Positions 8,951 to 19,244 of a DNA stretch of 64,000 bases are shown here, piece after piece. The stretch is from NCBI GenBank assembly GCA_947501805.1, contig CANMXJ010000009.1, positions 8,330 through 72,329 of the forward strand, read 5' to 3'. This DNA comes from an uncultured Sulfitobacter sp. Its GTDB lineage: Bacteria > Pseudomonadota > Alphaproteobacteria > Rhodobacterales > Rhodobacteraceae. How positions within the stretch are numbered: the stretch's first letter is position 1; each line of letters begins with the position of its first letter. Made by a program: the position numbers and the translations under genes. The notes under the pieces were generated by a model that had not been told where the DNA came from, did not search any database, and was given only the letters and a program-made list of their open reading frames with translations.

Positions 8951-10669
8951 TTACGTCGGCAGGCCCACAACAAAACGCGCGCCAAGCGGGTCAGATGTGA
9001 TGTCAGCTTCGGTCGGTCGGATATTCTCGGCCCAGATCACGCCACCATGCGCCTCCACGATCTGCTTTGATATCGCAAGACCAAGACCAGAGTTGTTACC
9101 GAAGTGTTCGTCAGGGCGCTGGGAATAGAAGCGTTTGAAAATCTTGCTCAGAGCCTGTTCGGGGATACCGGGCCCCGTATCTTCGACGACCACGAGCACA
9201 CGATTTTCGCGTTTGCGCGCCCAGACACGGATCGCATCACCATCCTCACAGAAGGATATCGCGTTTGTGATCAAGTTTACAAAAACCTGCGCCAACCGCG
9301 CCTCCAGCCCATGAACCATGATCGGCTCGTCTGGCAAGTCGGTGATAAAATCAATGCCCCGCCCTTTTGCATCTTCGCCAAGGTATTGACCCAGATTGCC
9401 AACCATATGCAGCAGATCGAATTCCTCTTCCTCTTCCTTGACGAGTTCAGAATCGAGGCGGGAGGCATTTGAAATATCGCTGACAAGGCGGTCCAGACGA
9501 CGCACGTCATGGTCAATCACGTCGAGCAATTTCTCGCGTTGGTCCTCGCGTTTGATCATGCGCAACGTGCCAACGGCAGAACGCAAAGAGGCTAAGGGGT
9601 TTTTGATCTCGTGTGCCACATCGGCGGCAAATTGTTCGTTACCGTCTATCCGGTTGTAAAGCGCGGAAACCATGCCGCGCAGGGCACCGGACAGGCGGCC
9701 AATTTCGTCAGGGCGCGCCGTCAGGTCAGGAATGCGAATGCGGCCTGGGTTCATCTGGCGCGCGTTCTTGTCACGACCCAGTCTGGCCGCGGCGGCAAGA
9801 TCAGCCAACGGGTGTGCAATGGTGGATGCCAGCACAAGGCTGAGGCCGATGGATACCAGTGTCGCGATCACAAACATTTGCAATACGCGCTCGCGCTCAC
9901 CGCGTACCAGGCTGTCAATTTCACCCGCGGCTGATGCAATTGCAACGACACCAACAGCCGTTCCATCCTGCATGATCGGAGTCATAACTGTAAAAAGCGT
10001 TCCACCTTCGCCATCAAGGGTATCCTCGATCCGGGTACCGCTTTCCAGACTGCCTGCGATCAGCGGTTTGAACTGCTCTTCGATTGGGACAACCTCGGGC
10101 GCAACGCCCCTGCTGAACGGGGAAGACATTTTGTCCCAGACCCAATTTAGGCCATCGGTGAGTAGCGTGGGACTGCCACGATCCGAGCTTGCATCGCCGA
10201 TACTCAGCTTGCCTTCTGTCTGGCCCACCAAGGTTTCGGATTTATCATAGACAAACACGTCAATGCCGCTGCGTAAATCAATCGCGCCAAGCGTAGCAGC
10301 GACATCAATTCCTTCACCGGTGGCCAGATCAACTTGCGTGCCCTCTGGTAGCTTTGCCTCGATCACATTCGCGATCAGCTCGGCCTCGGACACCAAAGCG
10401 GCGGCCCGTTGTACGGCCAGAGAATCCCGCGAGGAATTGAGATACAATATCCCCGCAACAAGGATGTTTAGGGCAATAAGGTTAAAAGTGATGATCTTGC
10501 GGGTAAGCGGCGAGCGACGCAGAGAAAAGAGCCCCCGCCGGTTACGGCGGGCACGCATTTCGTCAGGAGCAGCGCTTTCCGGTGAGACCCAATCATCTCC
10601 CAGAACAACATCGCCGTCCCTTACAGGTGTGCTTAGGTCGCGCACAAAATTCCTTTCGGCAATCGCCAC
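8951..10669 (-). CDS. chvG: Sensor histidine kinase ChvG/ExoS
   Basis: Two TM segments, HAMP, H-box DVAHEIKNPL, N/G boxes; adjacent to chvI and hprK; start approximate. Confidence 0.92.
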   Translation of the reverse strand: MAIAERNFVRDLSTPVRDGDVVLGDDWVSPESAAPDEMRARRNRRGLFSLRRSPLTRKIITFNLIALNILVAGILYLNSSRDSLAVQRAAALVSEAELIANVIEAKLPEGTQVDLATGEGIDVAATLGAIDLRSGIDVFVYDKSETLVGQTEGKLSIGDASSDRGSPTLLTDGLNWVWDKMSSPFSRGVAPEVVPIEEQFKPLIAGSLESGTRIEDTLDGEGGTLFTVMTPIMQDGTAVGVVAIASAAGEIDSLVRGERERVLQMFVIATLVSIGLSLVLASTIAHPLADLAAAARLGRDKNARQMNPGRIRIPDLTARPDEIGRLSGALRGMVSALYNRIDGNEQFAADVAHEIKNPLASLRSAVGTLRMIKREDQREKLLDVIDHDVRRLDRLVSDISNASRLDSELVKEEEEEFDLLHMVGNLGQYLGEDAKGRGIDFITDLPDEPIMVHGLEARLAQVFVNLITNAISFCEDGDAIRVWARKRENRVLVVVEDTGPGIPEQALSKIFKRFYSQRPDEHFGNNSGLGLAISKQIVEAHGGVIWAENIRPTEADITSDPLGARFVVGLPT

Positions 10670-10678
10670 AAGCTCAGA

Positions 10679-11380
10679 TTACTCTTCGTTATATCTGTAG
10701 CCGATACCGTAAAGCGTCTCAATCGCGGAGAATTCATCGTCCGCGGTGCGCATCTTCTTGCGCAAACGCTTGATGTGACTGTCGATGGTGCGATCATCCA
10801 CATAGACCTGATCGTCATATGCGACGTCCATCAACTGATCACGTGATTTGACGAAACCGGGACGCTGGGCCAAAGCCTGCAATAGCAGAAATTCGGTTAC
10901 TGTCAGCGACACGTCCTTGCCTTTCCAGGAAACAGCATGACGCAGCGGATCCATTTTCAGGTCGCCGCGGTCCATCACCTTGGTCTCTTCGGTGTCGCCA
11001 ACCTCGCCCGTATCGACCGCATCCTGACGGCGCAACAGCGCGCGGATACGCTCGACTAACAAGCGCTGGCTAAAGGGTTTTTTGACGTAATCGTCGGCAC
11101 CCATGCGCAGACCCAGCACCTCGTCGATCTCATCGTCCTTGGAGGTGAGAAAGATCACCGGCATTGCGGTTTTCTGACGCAAGCGTTGCAACAAATCCAT
11201 CCCGTCCATGCGGGGCATCTTGATGTCCAGCACAGCCATATCGGGTAGCTTTTTGTTAAATGCATCCAACGCGGCCTGACCGTCGTTGTATGTTTCCACC
11301 TCGAAACCTTCGGCTTCAAGAGTCATCGACACAGACGTCAGGATGTTCCTGTCGTCGTCCACCAATGCAATTTTTGACAT
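10679..11380 (-). CDS. chvI: OmpR-family response regulator ChvI
   Basis: [41 protein letters not shown]. Confidence 0.95.
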   Translation of the reverse strand: MSKIALVDDDRNILTSVSMTLEAEGFEVETYNDGQAALDAFNKKLPDMAVLDIKMPRMDGMDLLQRLRQKTAMPVIFLTSKDDEIDEVLGLRMGADDYVKKPFSQRLLVERIRALLRRQDAVDTGEVGDTEETKVMDRGDLKMDPLRHAVSWKGKDVSLTVTEFLLLQALAQRPGFVKSRDQLMDVAYDDQVYVDDRTIDSHIKRLRKKMRTADDEFSAIETLYGIGYRYNEE

Positions 11381-11740
11381 TGCCTGTTTCCTTGTACTGC
11401 TCAATTTTCGTTTTTTATGTTTTGAGACATTGATCACCATTTTCCTTGCGCGAATCAATCGCTAACTTCGAATCACCACAATCCTTGGCCACATTTCCGC
11501 CATAATTTGATTAGGAATGGCTAAATTGCCGCACTTTTCCGCAAACTTAGATGCTTAACTTTGTATCAATCATCGGTTTGACGCCAAACTTCGCCATGGT
11601 GGCGCTAACTGCGACACGGCCACCTGTTCATTTCCAAAAACATCGTGCTAAGAGGCGCATAGCGGCCACACAGGTCGCGGCCAGTTTGGTCACTAACGTC
11701 AGCGAAGCGCCACAAATTGCGCGCCTACAGGAGAGTAGTT

Positions 11741-13339
11741 ATGACATTTGGACGGGTAAACCCGCAGTTCCGCCTTGAAGATCAACAGATCAGTGGGCTG
11801 GGCAATGTCTACTATAACCTGATGGAGCCTGCGCTGATCGAAGCGGCGCTCAAACGTGATGAGGGCACCTTGGGCAATGGCGGTGCCTTTCTCGTTACCA
11901 CAGGAAAATTCACGGGTCGCTCCCCCAAAGACAAGCACGTGGTCAAAACAGCAAGCGTTGCAGATACGATCTGGTGGGAAAACAACGCAGAAATGTCACC
12001 GGAAGGCTTTGACGCCTTGTACGACGATATGATCGCCCACATGCAGGGCGGTGACTATTACGTACAGGATCTGGTCGGCGGTGCGGACCCGCGGCACGCA
12101 ATCAACGTGCGGATGGTCACTGAACTGGCATGGCATGGCCTATTCATCCGCACAATGCTGCGCCGCCCCGAACGCGCCGATCTGGATGATTTCATCGCAG
12201 ACTTTACGGTCATCAACTGCCCCAGCTTTCAGGCGGACCCTTCAAAACACAATTGCCGGTCAGAGACCGTGATTGCGATGAACTTTGACCGCAAGCTGAT
12301 CCTTATTGGTGGTACGGAATACGCAGGCGAAAACAAGAAATCCGTCTTTAGCTTGCTGAATTACCTGCTGCCGGAAAAAGGCATCATGCCGATGCATTGC
12401 TCTGCGAACCACGCGACAGGCAATCCGGTTGATACGGCTGTGTTCTTTGGTCTGTCCGGCACAGGTAAGACGACCTTATCTGCAGATCCCAACCGCACCC
12501 TGATCGGTGACGATGAACACGGCTGGTCAGATAACGGCACGTTCAACTTCGAGGGTGGCTGTTACGCCAAGACAATCAATCTGAGCCGTGAGGCGGAACC
12601 CGAAATTTACGACACCACGTCAAAATTCGGCACTGTGATCGAAAACATGGTTTTTGATCCCGAAACCAAAGAACTGGATTTCGACGACGACTCACTGACA
12701 GCCAACATGCGCTGCGCCTACCCGTTGCACTACATTTCCAACGCCTCCGAGAAGGCAACAGGCGGCCACCCCAAGAATATCATCATGCTGACATGCGATG
12801 CTTTTGGCGTGCTTCCCCCGATCGCGCGTTTGACGCCAGCACAAGCGATGTATCATTTCCTGTCCGGATTTACATCCAAAGTCGCAGGGACAGAGCGCGG
12901 CGTAACCGAGCCGGAACCGACATTCTCGACGTGTTTCGGCGCACCGTTCATGCCGCGTCGTCCCGAGGTTTACGGTAACTTGCTGCGTGAAAAAATTGCG
13001 CAACATGGCGCGACTTGCTGGCTGGTGAACACCGGCTGGACAGGTGGTGCCTATGGAACAGGCAGCCGCATGCCAATTCGTGCCACACGCGCATTGCTTA
13101 CCAGCGCCCTTGAGGGAGGCTTGGCAGAAGTTGAATACCGCAAGGATGCAAACTTTGGATTTGAAGTGCCTGTTGCTGTGGACGGGGTCGCAGATATCCT
13201 GCTGGACCCGCGCCGCACATGGGACAATCCGGAGGCCTATGATCGTCAGGCAGCCAAGCTGGTCTCTATGTTCTCGGAAAACTTCGAGCAGTATCTGCCG
13301 TTCATTGATGACGATGTGAAATCGATTGTCATCGGCTAA
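11741..13339 (+). CDS. pckA: Phosphoenolpyruvate carboxykinase (ATP)
   Basis: [27 protein letters not shown]; AGGAG RBS. Confidence 0.97.
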   Translation: MTFGRVNPQFRLEDQQISGLGNVYYNLMEPALIEAALKRDEGTLGNGGAFLVTTGKFTGRSPKDKHVVKTASVADTIWWENNAEMSPEGFDALYDDMIAHMQGGDYYVQDLVGGADPRHAINVRMVTELAWHGLFIRTMLRRPERADLDDFIADFTVINCPSFQADPSKHNCRSETVIAMNFDRKLILIGGTEYAGENKKSVFSLLNYLLPEKGIMPMHCSANHATGNPVDTAVFFGLSGTGKTTLSADPNRTLIGDDEHGWSDNGTFNFEGGCYAKTINLSREAEPEIYDTTSKFGTVIENMVFDPETKELDFDDDSLTANMRCAYPLHYISNASEKATGGHPKNIIMLTCDAFGVLPPIARLTPAQAMYHFLSGFTSKVAGTERGVTEPEPTFSTCFGAPFMPRRPEVYGNLLREKIAQHGATCWLVNTGWTGGAYGTGSRMPIRATRALLTSALEGGLAEVEYRKDANFGFEVPVAVDGVADILLDPRRTWDNPEAYDRQAAKLVSMFSENFEQYLPFIDDDVKSIVIG

Positions 13340-13361
13340 TACTGCCATGTGGTAAGTAATA

Positions 13362-13393
13362 GAAAAGGCGGGCCCAACAGGACCCGCCTTTTC
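13362..13393. terminator. Bidirectional intrinsic terminator after pckA
   Basis: GAAAAGGCGGG-loop-CCCGCCTTTTC. Confidence 0.85.
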
Positions 13394-13398
13394 GCTGT

Positions 13399-14121
13399 CT
13401 ACGCCGCTTGCGCGCGCAATTTCTCTTCGGCCGCCGGCATTTCAAGGACAAACCGCATATCAGCACGATCCATATAGGTAAGGTAGCCCTCAATAGGCGT
13501 GTCGACGCCAGTCAGGAACCACCGCAGCGCACCGGGTTGCATATGCAGATAGGCGTGCCGCGCGGCAAAACCTTTGCACACGACCTCTTTTTGCATGAAC
13601 GCAAATACATTGTCGGGGTCCCAACGGTTCATGGCCTCCCAAAAGGCGTAACGGCCCAGCAAACTGGACAAACCCGTGCCCCTGAATTCGCCCGGTTCCC
13701 CGCCAATCCAGTATTCCCCGTGATAGCATGCCGTCCCGAAGACACGTGACACGCCTGGACCGGCCCGAAAGCGGGACCGCTCCAGATCAATGTCGACGCC
13801 GGAGGGCGGAAAATCACGGAAATTAAAACGCAAATACTCGCCCAAAGACACGCCGCCTGTCTCGATCATGCGCATCGCCTGTGTGTGAATAATGTGACCC
13901 GCGGAATTCCGCCCAATCATCCAAAATGCGTTTGTCGGGTTCAAATCATGTAGTCGCGGCTCAAAGGGATCGCCCAGAATATGGTCCGGCCGAGCTTCTT
14001 TAAGGAGCATGCGATAGTCCTCAAAATTGCTGCCTGCCGTCAGCGAAACGCCGATTTCCGCAAGTTTATCAAGGCTTAACGCCGCAAAGCGTTCCCCGTC
14101 GTCGAAGTTGTGAAGTGTCAT
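13399..14121 (-). CDS. Hypothetical protein, possible acyl-CoA N-acyltransferase (GNAT/LuxI-like) fold
   Basis: 240-aa ORF; YHGEYW followed by FRGTGLSSLL resembles the GNAT acyl-CoA-binding motif; fold call is inference. Confidence 0.6.
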   Translation of the reverse strand: MTLHNFDDGERFAALSLDKLAEIGVSLTAGSNFEDYRMLLKEARPDHILGDPFEPRLHDLNPTNAFWMIGRNSAGHIIHTQAMRMIETGGVSLGEYLRFNFRDFPPSGVDIDLERSRFRAGPGVSRVFGTACYHGEYWIGGEPGEFRGTGLSSLLGRYAFWEAMNRWDPDNVFAFMQKEVVCKGFAARHAYLHMQPGALRWFLTGVDTPIEGYLTYMDRADMRFVLEMPAAEEKLRAQAA

Positions 14122-14194
14122 GTTTGAGCCCCCAAAATGACTGATTCACTCTAGGTTAACGCAATTTACGCGCTTTGGCTTGTTTTTTGCCGAA

Positions 14195-15127
14195 TCAAGC
14201 CGGGTAGGTCACTCTGGCGTCGGCAGGCATCAATTCCAGCACCTCCTGATCGAGTCCCTTAATGCGAATGGTTTCGGAACGGTCCACAACAGTAATCAGC
14301 GCAAAGCTGCCATCCGGGAAACGCCCCCCCATGAGCAGTCGATGATACGCCAGCGGTTCGGGCGGCGTGTCCGCGCTGCGCGGAATTTGAGTTACAACCT
14401 CGTCCAGTCTTAGCCCGCCACTGGCTTGCACTTCTTCAAACGACTGGTTGATGAGGTTCTCAAATTCCGGCCCCCCCGGAAACTCGCCCAGACCGCGTCC
14501 GATGCTGCTGCGGGCATTAGCCCACCCCCACCATTGTGCGTAAAATGACTCTTCTCCGATCTCGACACAAATCCAACCATGTGGCGTATGACGATACACC
14601 AAGACAAACGGCCTCATTTTCTGGAACTCAGGGGCCTCAAGGTATCCTTCACTCCTGCTCCAGGCGGAGATGCAATCGCGGAACAAAGACGACGTCAAAT
14701 CCCAAGCGTGATTAAGTGGCTGATGTTGCTGAAAGAAAGCCCATCCATTAGGCGCTTCATGCGAAAACCGCATCAAATTGTTGACGTGGCCAGCCTGTCC
14801 TGTGATCCAGAGCTTGCCGCGTGCCAGCAGATCATCTGCTTCCGGCAGCATTTCAATGCCATGTGTTGTCAGCGTGTAGTGGTGCCCTTCCATCGAGAAC
14901 AGTTTGTTCCCCGACACTTCCTCCAACTGTGCGATATGGCGCCTCACCGTTTGGCGGGTACTGCCGAGCTCCGCAACAGCATGACTAAGATTCAGGGTGC
15001 GCGCCAATGTCGTAAACGAACGTATCATCTCATACAGCAAAGACGGCACCTGCACCGGCGCAGCTTTGGCCTGCACCGTTTGCACGGGATCTTCTTGTAT
15101 GGGTAACCTGACGTTCATTCGCGTCAT
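14195..15127 (-). CDS. LysR-type HTH fused to an atypical (PAS-like) C-terminal domain
   Basis: IRSFTTLARTLNLSHAVAELGSTRQTVRRHIAQLEE...LF...LTxxG is a LysR HTH; the C-terminus lacks LysR substrate-binding features; start uncertain. Confidence 0.7.
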   Translation of the reverse strand: MTRMNVRLPIQEDPVQTVQAKAAPVQVPSLLYEMIRSFTTLARTLNLSHAVAELGSTRQTVRRHIAQLEEVSGNKLFSMEGHHYTLTTHGIEMLPEADDLLARGKLWITGQAGHVNNLMRFSHEAPNGWAFFQQHQPLNHAWDLTSSLFRDCISAWSRSEGYLEAPEFQKMRPFVLVYRHTPHGWICVEIGEESFYAQWWGWANARSSIGRGLGEFPGGPEFENLINQSFEEVQASGGLRLDEVVTQIPRSADTPPEPLAYHRLLMGGRFPDGSFALITVVDRSETIRIKGLDQEVLELMPADARVTYPA

Positions 15128-15291
15128 GGTAAATCAATCATACATTTTGGCAATACAAATCACCCATCTTCCGTATAATTTTCCACCCAATTCGACATTT
15201 TTTATAACCGGATTAAAAAAATCTATGCAATTGAATGGAATCACCGCAGCCGCAATCAATGGAGGGCAAGTTCAACCAGAGGTAACAAGTT

Positions 15292-15651
15292 ATGTCCCAC
15301 CCCGTCGATGTTCATGTCGGTCGCAAACTCAAACAGATTCGCACCCTGCGACGCCTGTCCCAAACCGATGTCGCACGAAAGCTCGACCTGTCGTTCCAAC
15401 AGATTCAGAAATACGAAATCGGATCGAATCGCGTCGCTGCCAGCCGCCTATTTGAATTGTCGCAAATCCTTGACGTACCACCGTCGTTTTTCTTTGAGGG
15501 TCTGCACGACAATGAGAATGAGTCGCCGCAAAAAGACCCCGGCATGGAAATTGTCAGCGCATTGGCTGCAATCAAAGACGAAGATATCAAGTCACGTATT
15601 GTCACATTTATTCAAGATGTTTCCGGTGTGACAGTTGCGAGGCGCGGCTAA
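15292..15651 (+). CDS. XRE-family HTH transcriptional regulator, PraR/PhrR-like
   Basis: HPVDVHVG...LSFQQIQKYEIGSNRVAASRL...FFEGL; AGAGG RBS. Confidence 0.88.
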   Translation: MSHPVDVHVGRKLKQIRTLRRLSQTDVARKLDLSFQQIQKYEIGSNRVAASRLFELSQILDVPPSFFFEGLHDNENESPQKDPGMEIVSALAAIKDEDIKSRIVTFIQDVSGVTVARRG

Positions 15652-16412
15652 AATACCGCCCGCCGGATCAGGTTTGCCCCAGCGATCAATAAGACAATCA
15701 AGGTGGCACGTTTGAACATGACTTGATCAATTCTGTCCACAACTCTGCTGCCTGCCCACATCCCGATGAGGGCCGGTGCCACCAACAGAAGCGAAAATGG
15801 CACGGTTTCGGCACGCAAAACGCCTGACCCGAAATGTGCGCCAACCAATGCAACCGAACCAAGGCCATAGATCACACCCTGCACCCTTAACTGGTCCAGT
15901 TTGGGCGTATTTATTGCGGTAAGATACATCACAGTTGTTGGCCCCCAGGTGCCGGCGAATCCACCTAGAATGCCGGCAACTGCACCCGCTACTATCTCAA
16001 CCAGCTTGCTATTTCGGGTCAGGGAGAACTGGACACCGCTCAGTTGCAGGGCCGCATAGCCAAAAGCCGGCACACCAATGACAAACAGCAATAGTCGTTC
16101 GGGGACCACCCGAACCATTTGCGCGGCAATAACCAGAGTAATTCCTCCGGCGATCAGAAAGTACCTGAATGCCTTGACAGAGATCCAAGCAGCTCTTGGT
16201 CCTTGGCGCATGGATTGGACAATGTTTGTCACCAACGTCGGCGCAATCAGTCCTGCCAAGGCCAGTTCCGGCGCAAGAAACAAAGTCAGCCCTGAAATCA
16301 GGACCAGAGGCATGGCAAATCCAACCACACCTTTGACGAATCCCGCACAAAAAGCGATACACAATACAATGATAAAGGTAAGTGGGCCCAGAAACGGGAA
16401 AAACGCATCCAT
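15648..16412 (-). CDS. TauE/SafE sulfite exporter family membrane protein
   Basis: AGFVKGVVGFAMP and GGFAGTWGP repeated halves; multiple TM helices. Confidence 0.85.
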   Translation of the reverse strand: MDAFFPFLGPLTFIIVLCIAFCAGFVKGVVGFAMPLVLISGLTLFLAPELALAGLIAPTLVTNIVQSMRQGPRAAWISVKAFRYFLIAGGITLVIAAQMVRVVPERLLLFVIGVPAFGYAALQLSGVQFSLTRNSKLVEIVAGAVAGILGGFAGTWGPTTVMYLTAINTPKLDQLRVQGVIYGLGSVALVGAHFGSGVLRAETVPFSLLLVAPALIGMWAGSRVVDRIDQVMFKRATLIVLLIAGANLIRRAVF

Positions 16413-16557
16413 GGCCCTACATACCAGCTTGAAATAACACCGCACGGCAAATCGGCCGCGTAATTATCGAACAAATTGACGCAGTAAAACGTATCTTTGT
16501 TGTGCTGCGGCTGCGAAGTCGTTATCTGCGGTGCAGAAAAACAAGGGATAGATTTTA

Positions 16558-18246
16558 ATGGCACATGACGGTCAGGATATGACATTGGCACAGGCTCCGG
16601 TCCTGTTGGATGATTTGCTTGCATTGACTGCTGCGGCTGTGCCGCCGGTTGATGCCATTCTGGAGAAAGCAAAGGCCAGTGTGCGCGATATGGTCAGTGC
16701 AGACGGACGCGTATCGGCTGGATTGATCGAAGCCAACCAAACCGCCGCGCATGGTCTTGCCTGGCTTGCCACATACGCGCAATCCTTGCATGAAATGCAG
16801 AAATGGGCCGAAGCACTGAATGCGAACGGCAAATTTGCCGAAACAGAACAGCTGATCCATCAAATCGCTTTTGGTGAATACCTTTGGCAAATCTACGGTG
16901 GCATCCAGATGAACCAGGGTGAAATCCTGCGCCTTCAGGATATGGGCCTGACCCAAGATGACATGCGCGGCTTGATGGAGCCTGCAATCCAGACCCTGAC
17001 TCAAGGCGGCAACAGTCAGGCGGCGCGCACCCGTCTGGTTGAACTCATGCAGGAACAATCGGCAAACGCCACTGTTGGTGCATCCGGTCTGGACGAAGAG
17101 CTTGAAATGATCCGCGACCAATTCCGCCGTTATGCTGCGGAAAAGGTAGAGCCGTTTGCACATGAATGGCACCTCAAGGACGAGTTGATCCCGATGGAGA
17201 TCATCAATGAACTGGCAGAGATGGGCGTTTTCGGCCTGACCATCCCGGAGGAATTTGGCGGCTTTGGCCTCTCTAAAGCCTCCATGTGTGTGGTTTCCGA
17301 AGAACTGTCGCGTGGATATATCGGCGTCGGTTCGCTGGCGACCCGTTCCGAGATCGCAGCAGAGTTGATCATCGCGGGCGGCACGGACGAGCAGAAAGCC
17401 AAATGGCTGCCGCGCATTTCTTCCGCCGAAACCCTACCGACTGCGGTATTCACCGAGCCCAATACGGGGTCAGACCTCGGCTCTTTGCGCACCCGCGCGG
17501 TAAAGGATGGAGATGACTATACCATCACTGGCAACAAAACATGGATCACTCACGCGGCACGCACGCATGTGATGACCTTGCTGGCGCGAACCGATCCTGA
17601 AACGTCCGACTACAAAGGCCTGTCGATGTTTCTTGCCGAAAAGACACCTGGCGATGATGCAAATCCCTTCCCTACGGATGGCATGACAGGCGGAGAGATC
17701 GAAGTCCTCGGCTATCGCGGCATGAAGGAATACGAACTGGCGTTTGACGGCTTCAAAGTCAAAGGCGAGAACCTGCTTGGCGGCGAAGAGGGAAAAGGCT
17801 TCAAGCAGTTGATGGAGACGTTTGAATCTGCACGCATCCAGACCGCTGCCCGCGCCATTGGCGTGGCGCAATCCGCGCTCGATATTTCCATGCAATACGC
17901 CCAAGACCGCAAGCAGTTTGGTAAGGCACTGATCAACTTCCCACGTGTTTCCTCCAAACTGGCAATGATGGCGGTCGAAATCATGATTGCGCGTCAGCTG
18001 ACGTATTTCTCGGCCTTCGAGAAAGACGAAGGGCGCAGATGTGACGTCGAAGCAGGCATGGCAAAACTGCTTGGCGCACGTGTGGCATGGGCCGCAGCCG
18101 ACAATGGTTTGCAAATTCATGGCGGCAATGGGTTCGCGCTGGAATACAAGATCAGTCGTGTGCTCTGTGATGCACGTATTCTCAACATCTTCGAGGGTGC
18201 GGCAGAAATCCAGGCACAGGTGATTGCGCGTCGCTTGCTCGGCTAA
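16558..18246 (+). CDS. mcd: (2S)-methylsuccinyl-CoA dehydrogenase (ethylmalonyl-CoA pathway acyl-CoA dehydrogenase)
   Basis: ~170-aa N-terminal extension (AHGLAWLATY, QIAFGEYL) plus ACAD core TEPNTGSDL, GGEIEVLGYRGMKEY, FEGAAEIQ, as recalled for Rhodobacter Mcd. Confidence 0.88.
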   Translation: MAHDGQDMTLAQAPVLLDDLLALTAAAVPPVDAILEKAKASVRDMVSADGRVSAGLIEANQTAAHGLAWLATYAQSLHEMQKWAEALNANGKFAETEQLIHQIAFGEYLWQIYGGIQMNQGEILRLQDMGLTQDDMRGLMEPAIQTLTQGGNSQAARTRLVELMQEQSANATVGASGLDEELEMIRDQFRRYAAEKVEPFAHEWHLKDELIPMEIINELAEMGVFGLTIPEEFGGFGLSKASMCVVSEELSRGYIGVGSLATRSEIAAELIIAGGTDEQKAKWLPRISSAETLPTAVFTEPNTGSDLGSLRTRAVKDGDDYTITGNKTWITHAARTHVMTLLARTDPETSDYKGLSMFLAEKTPGDDANPFPTDGMTGGEIEVLGYRGMKEYELAFDGFKVKGENLLGGEEGKGFKQLMETFESARIQTAARAIGVAQSALDISMQYAQDRKQFGKALINFPRVSSKLAMMAVEIMIARQLTYFSAFEKDEGRRCDVEAGMAKLLGARVAWAAADNGLQIHGGNGFALEYKISRVLCDARILNIFEGAAEIQAQVIARRLLG

Positions 18247-18327
18247 ACCGCGCTTATACGACCTATACTAAAAACGCAGGGGAGGCATGACTTGCCTCTC
18301 CGCCCAAAGCGCGGTTATGACGAAACC

Positions 18328-18846
18328 ATGTCTCGTCCCCGCCTCTCTCCTGAAAAATGGCTGATCGCCGGCCTTGATGCCCTTGCGGTGTCTGGCCCGA
18401 ACGCTCTCGCAGCGGAACCTTTGGCGCGCGCACTCGGGACGACCAAGGGATCTTTTTATTGGCATTTCAAGGATGTCCCAACGTTTCAACAAGCTGTCCT
18501 GACAGCTTGGGAAACCGCCGCATTGGAACATGTTGTCACACAGCTGTCCCGCACGGATGATGCGGACAAACGCCTCAGGGATTTCGGGCAAACCGTTCTG
18601 ACCGACCCGGTTGAATCGCAACTGCGTATCTGGGGTCAGACAGATGAACGTGTGGCGATTGCGCTGGTGGAAGTCGACACAGAAAGGCTGAACTATCTCA
18701 CCCGCCTGTTACGGCAACTTGGTCTGGGCAATCCCGATTTTGCACGCGCTGTTCTGGCGACATTAATCGGCCTGCCACTAACGGGGGCGGATACAGATGC
18801 CGCACCATTTGATACACTTGTTGATACAGTACTGGCCCTGTCATGA
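18328..18846 (+). CDS. TetR/AcrR family regulator
   Basis: LARALGTTKGSFYWHFKD HTH; start uncertain (TTG 18292 is an alternative). Confidence 0.88.
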   Translation: MSRPRLSPEKWLIAGLDALAVSGPNALAAEPLARALGTTKGSFYWHFKDVPTFQQAVLTAWETAALEHVVTQLSRTDDADKRLRDFGQTVLTDPVESQLRIWGQTDERVAIALVEVDTERLNYLTRLLRQLGLGNPDFARAVLATLIGLPLTGADTDAAPFDTLVDTVLALS

Positions 18847-19244
18847 GAACGTTGCCGCTTTTGTTGCTGATCGGCACTGCCGCCCTGATCAGCGCATGCC
18901 GACCGGACGAAACGGTCCGCGCGTATGGCGCAGCGGACAAGGTCTGGACATTGACAGAACTACGCGGCGCACCGTTCGACGCGGCTGCCACATTGGAGTT
19001 CCCGGAACGGGACCAGATCGCAGGTAGCGGCCCCTGTAATCGCTTTACCGCGACGCAGAATGTTCCTTATCCTTGGTTCGGCGTTGGGCCAATTGCCGCC
19101 ACACGCATGGCCTGCCCTGATCTTGAGGCCGAAACTGCCTATTTCAATGCGCTCGCTGAGGCTTCGGTATCAGTTATCACCAAGGACACACTGACGCTGT
19201 CCGACGAGAACGATGTATTGCTGGTATTCAAATCCGGCGATTGA
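18843..19244 (+). CDS. META-domain (HslJ-like) lipoprotein
   Basis: Lipobox ISAC; GSGPCNRF and ATRMACP motifs. Confidence 0.88.
   Translation: MRTLPLLLLIGTAALISACRPDETVRAYGAADKVWTLTELRGAPFDAAATLEFPERDQIAGSGPCNRFTATQNVPYPWFGVGPIAATRMACPDLEAETAYFNALAEASVSVITKDTLTLSDENDVLLVFKSGD

Noticed and set aside
11555-11569. TTAA-N7-TCAA in the chvI-pckA intergenic region
   Set aside because: Mismatched and lacks the terminal C; expected by chance in an AT-rich spacer
14143-14170. GTTAAC half-site and GANTC upstream of the acyltransferase-like orphan
   Set aside because: The second half-site is at the wrong spacing (N6) and mismatched, so a CtrA site is not supportable
18279-18364. Strong GGGGAGG followed by ATG 18287 (25-aa ORF out of frame with TetR)
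   Set aside because: The G-run is one arm of a hairpin (GGGGAGGCA/TGCCTCTCC) after mcd; more likely an RNA stem than an RBS
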